DNA of 41,587 nucleotides from a virus (Duplodnaviria; Heunggongvirae; Uroviricota; Caudoviricetes): IMG/VR virus record IMGVR_UViG_2541047938_000008, positions 1 to 41,587 of that record; one strand, 5' to 3'. Shown piece by piece: positions 41,352 to 41,587 of this stretch (position 1 is its first letter; each line of letters starts with the position of its first letter). The notes under the pieces were generated by a model. It saw only the letters and a program-made list of their open reading frames with translations, ran no database searches and was not told where the DNA came from. The position numbers and the translations under genes were made by a program.

Positions 41352-41367
41352 TTGCAGGTTCGATTCC
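41352..41367. repeat. Second exact copy of the argW T-arm 16-mer (att core-like)
   Basis: TTGCAGGTTCGATTCC identical to 1054-1069, in the torI promoter region. Confidence 0.5.
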
Positions 41368-41386
41368 CTATTCGGAGATAGCACTC

Positions 41387-41587
41387 ATGCAACACGAACT
41401 ACAGCCTGATTCCCTGGTTGATTTGAAATTCATCATGGCTGATACTGGCTTTGGTAAAACCTTCATCTATGACCGGATTAAGTCCGGAGACCTGCCAAAA
41501 GCCAAAGTTATCCACGGACGAGCAAGATGGTTATATCGTGACCATTGTGAATTCAAAAATAAGCTCTTAAGCCGCGCCAATGGGTAA
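41387..41587 (+). CDS. torI: Excisionase / recombination directionality factor TorI (AlpA-Xis family)
   Basis: 66 aa, MQHELQPDSLVDLKFIMADTGFGKTFIYDRIKSGDLPKAKVIHGRARW..., winged-helix Xis fold family. Confidence 0.9.
   Translation: MQHELQPDSLVDLKFIMADTGFGKTFIYDRIKSGDLPKAKVIHGRARWLYRDHCEFKNKLLSRANG

Overview
The window is an enterobacterial chromosomal locus (yfdC, then tRNA-Arg argW) carrying a near-complete P22-like lambdoid prophage integrated at argW. All product calls are from reading the translated ORFs and motifs by eye; no database search was run. Left to right: argW/attL, integrase intS, a degenerate UmuD-like ORF, the gtrA-gtrB-gtrS O-antigen glucosylation operon, a convergent tailspike gene, an IS21-family insertion (istA/istB), a P22-type morphogenesis block on the minus strand (ejection proteins gp16/gp20/gp7, gp14, tail needle gp26, gp10, gp4, coat, scaffold, portal, terminase), a lambda-type lysis cassette (S, R, Rz/Rz1), two tRNA genes, the late regulator Q with pR'/tR', the nin region, replication genes with ori iterons, the c2/cro/cII immunity region, N, and an early-left accessory operon (ral, a long charged-helix protein, cIII, kil-like, erf, ssb, several small ORFs) ending at the excisionase torI. 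The right attachment site is not in the window. The best candidates for an undescribed function are the charged-helix protein in the superinfection-exclusion slot, the 182-aa ORF between gp16 and the tailspike, and the small-gene island upstream of torI; none of these could be assigned a function from sequence alone.
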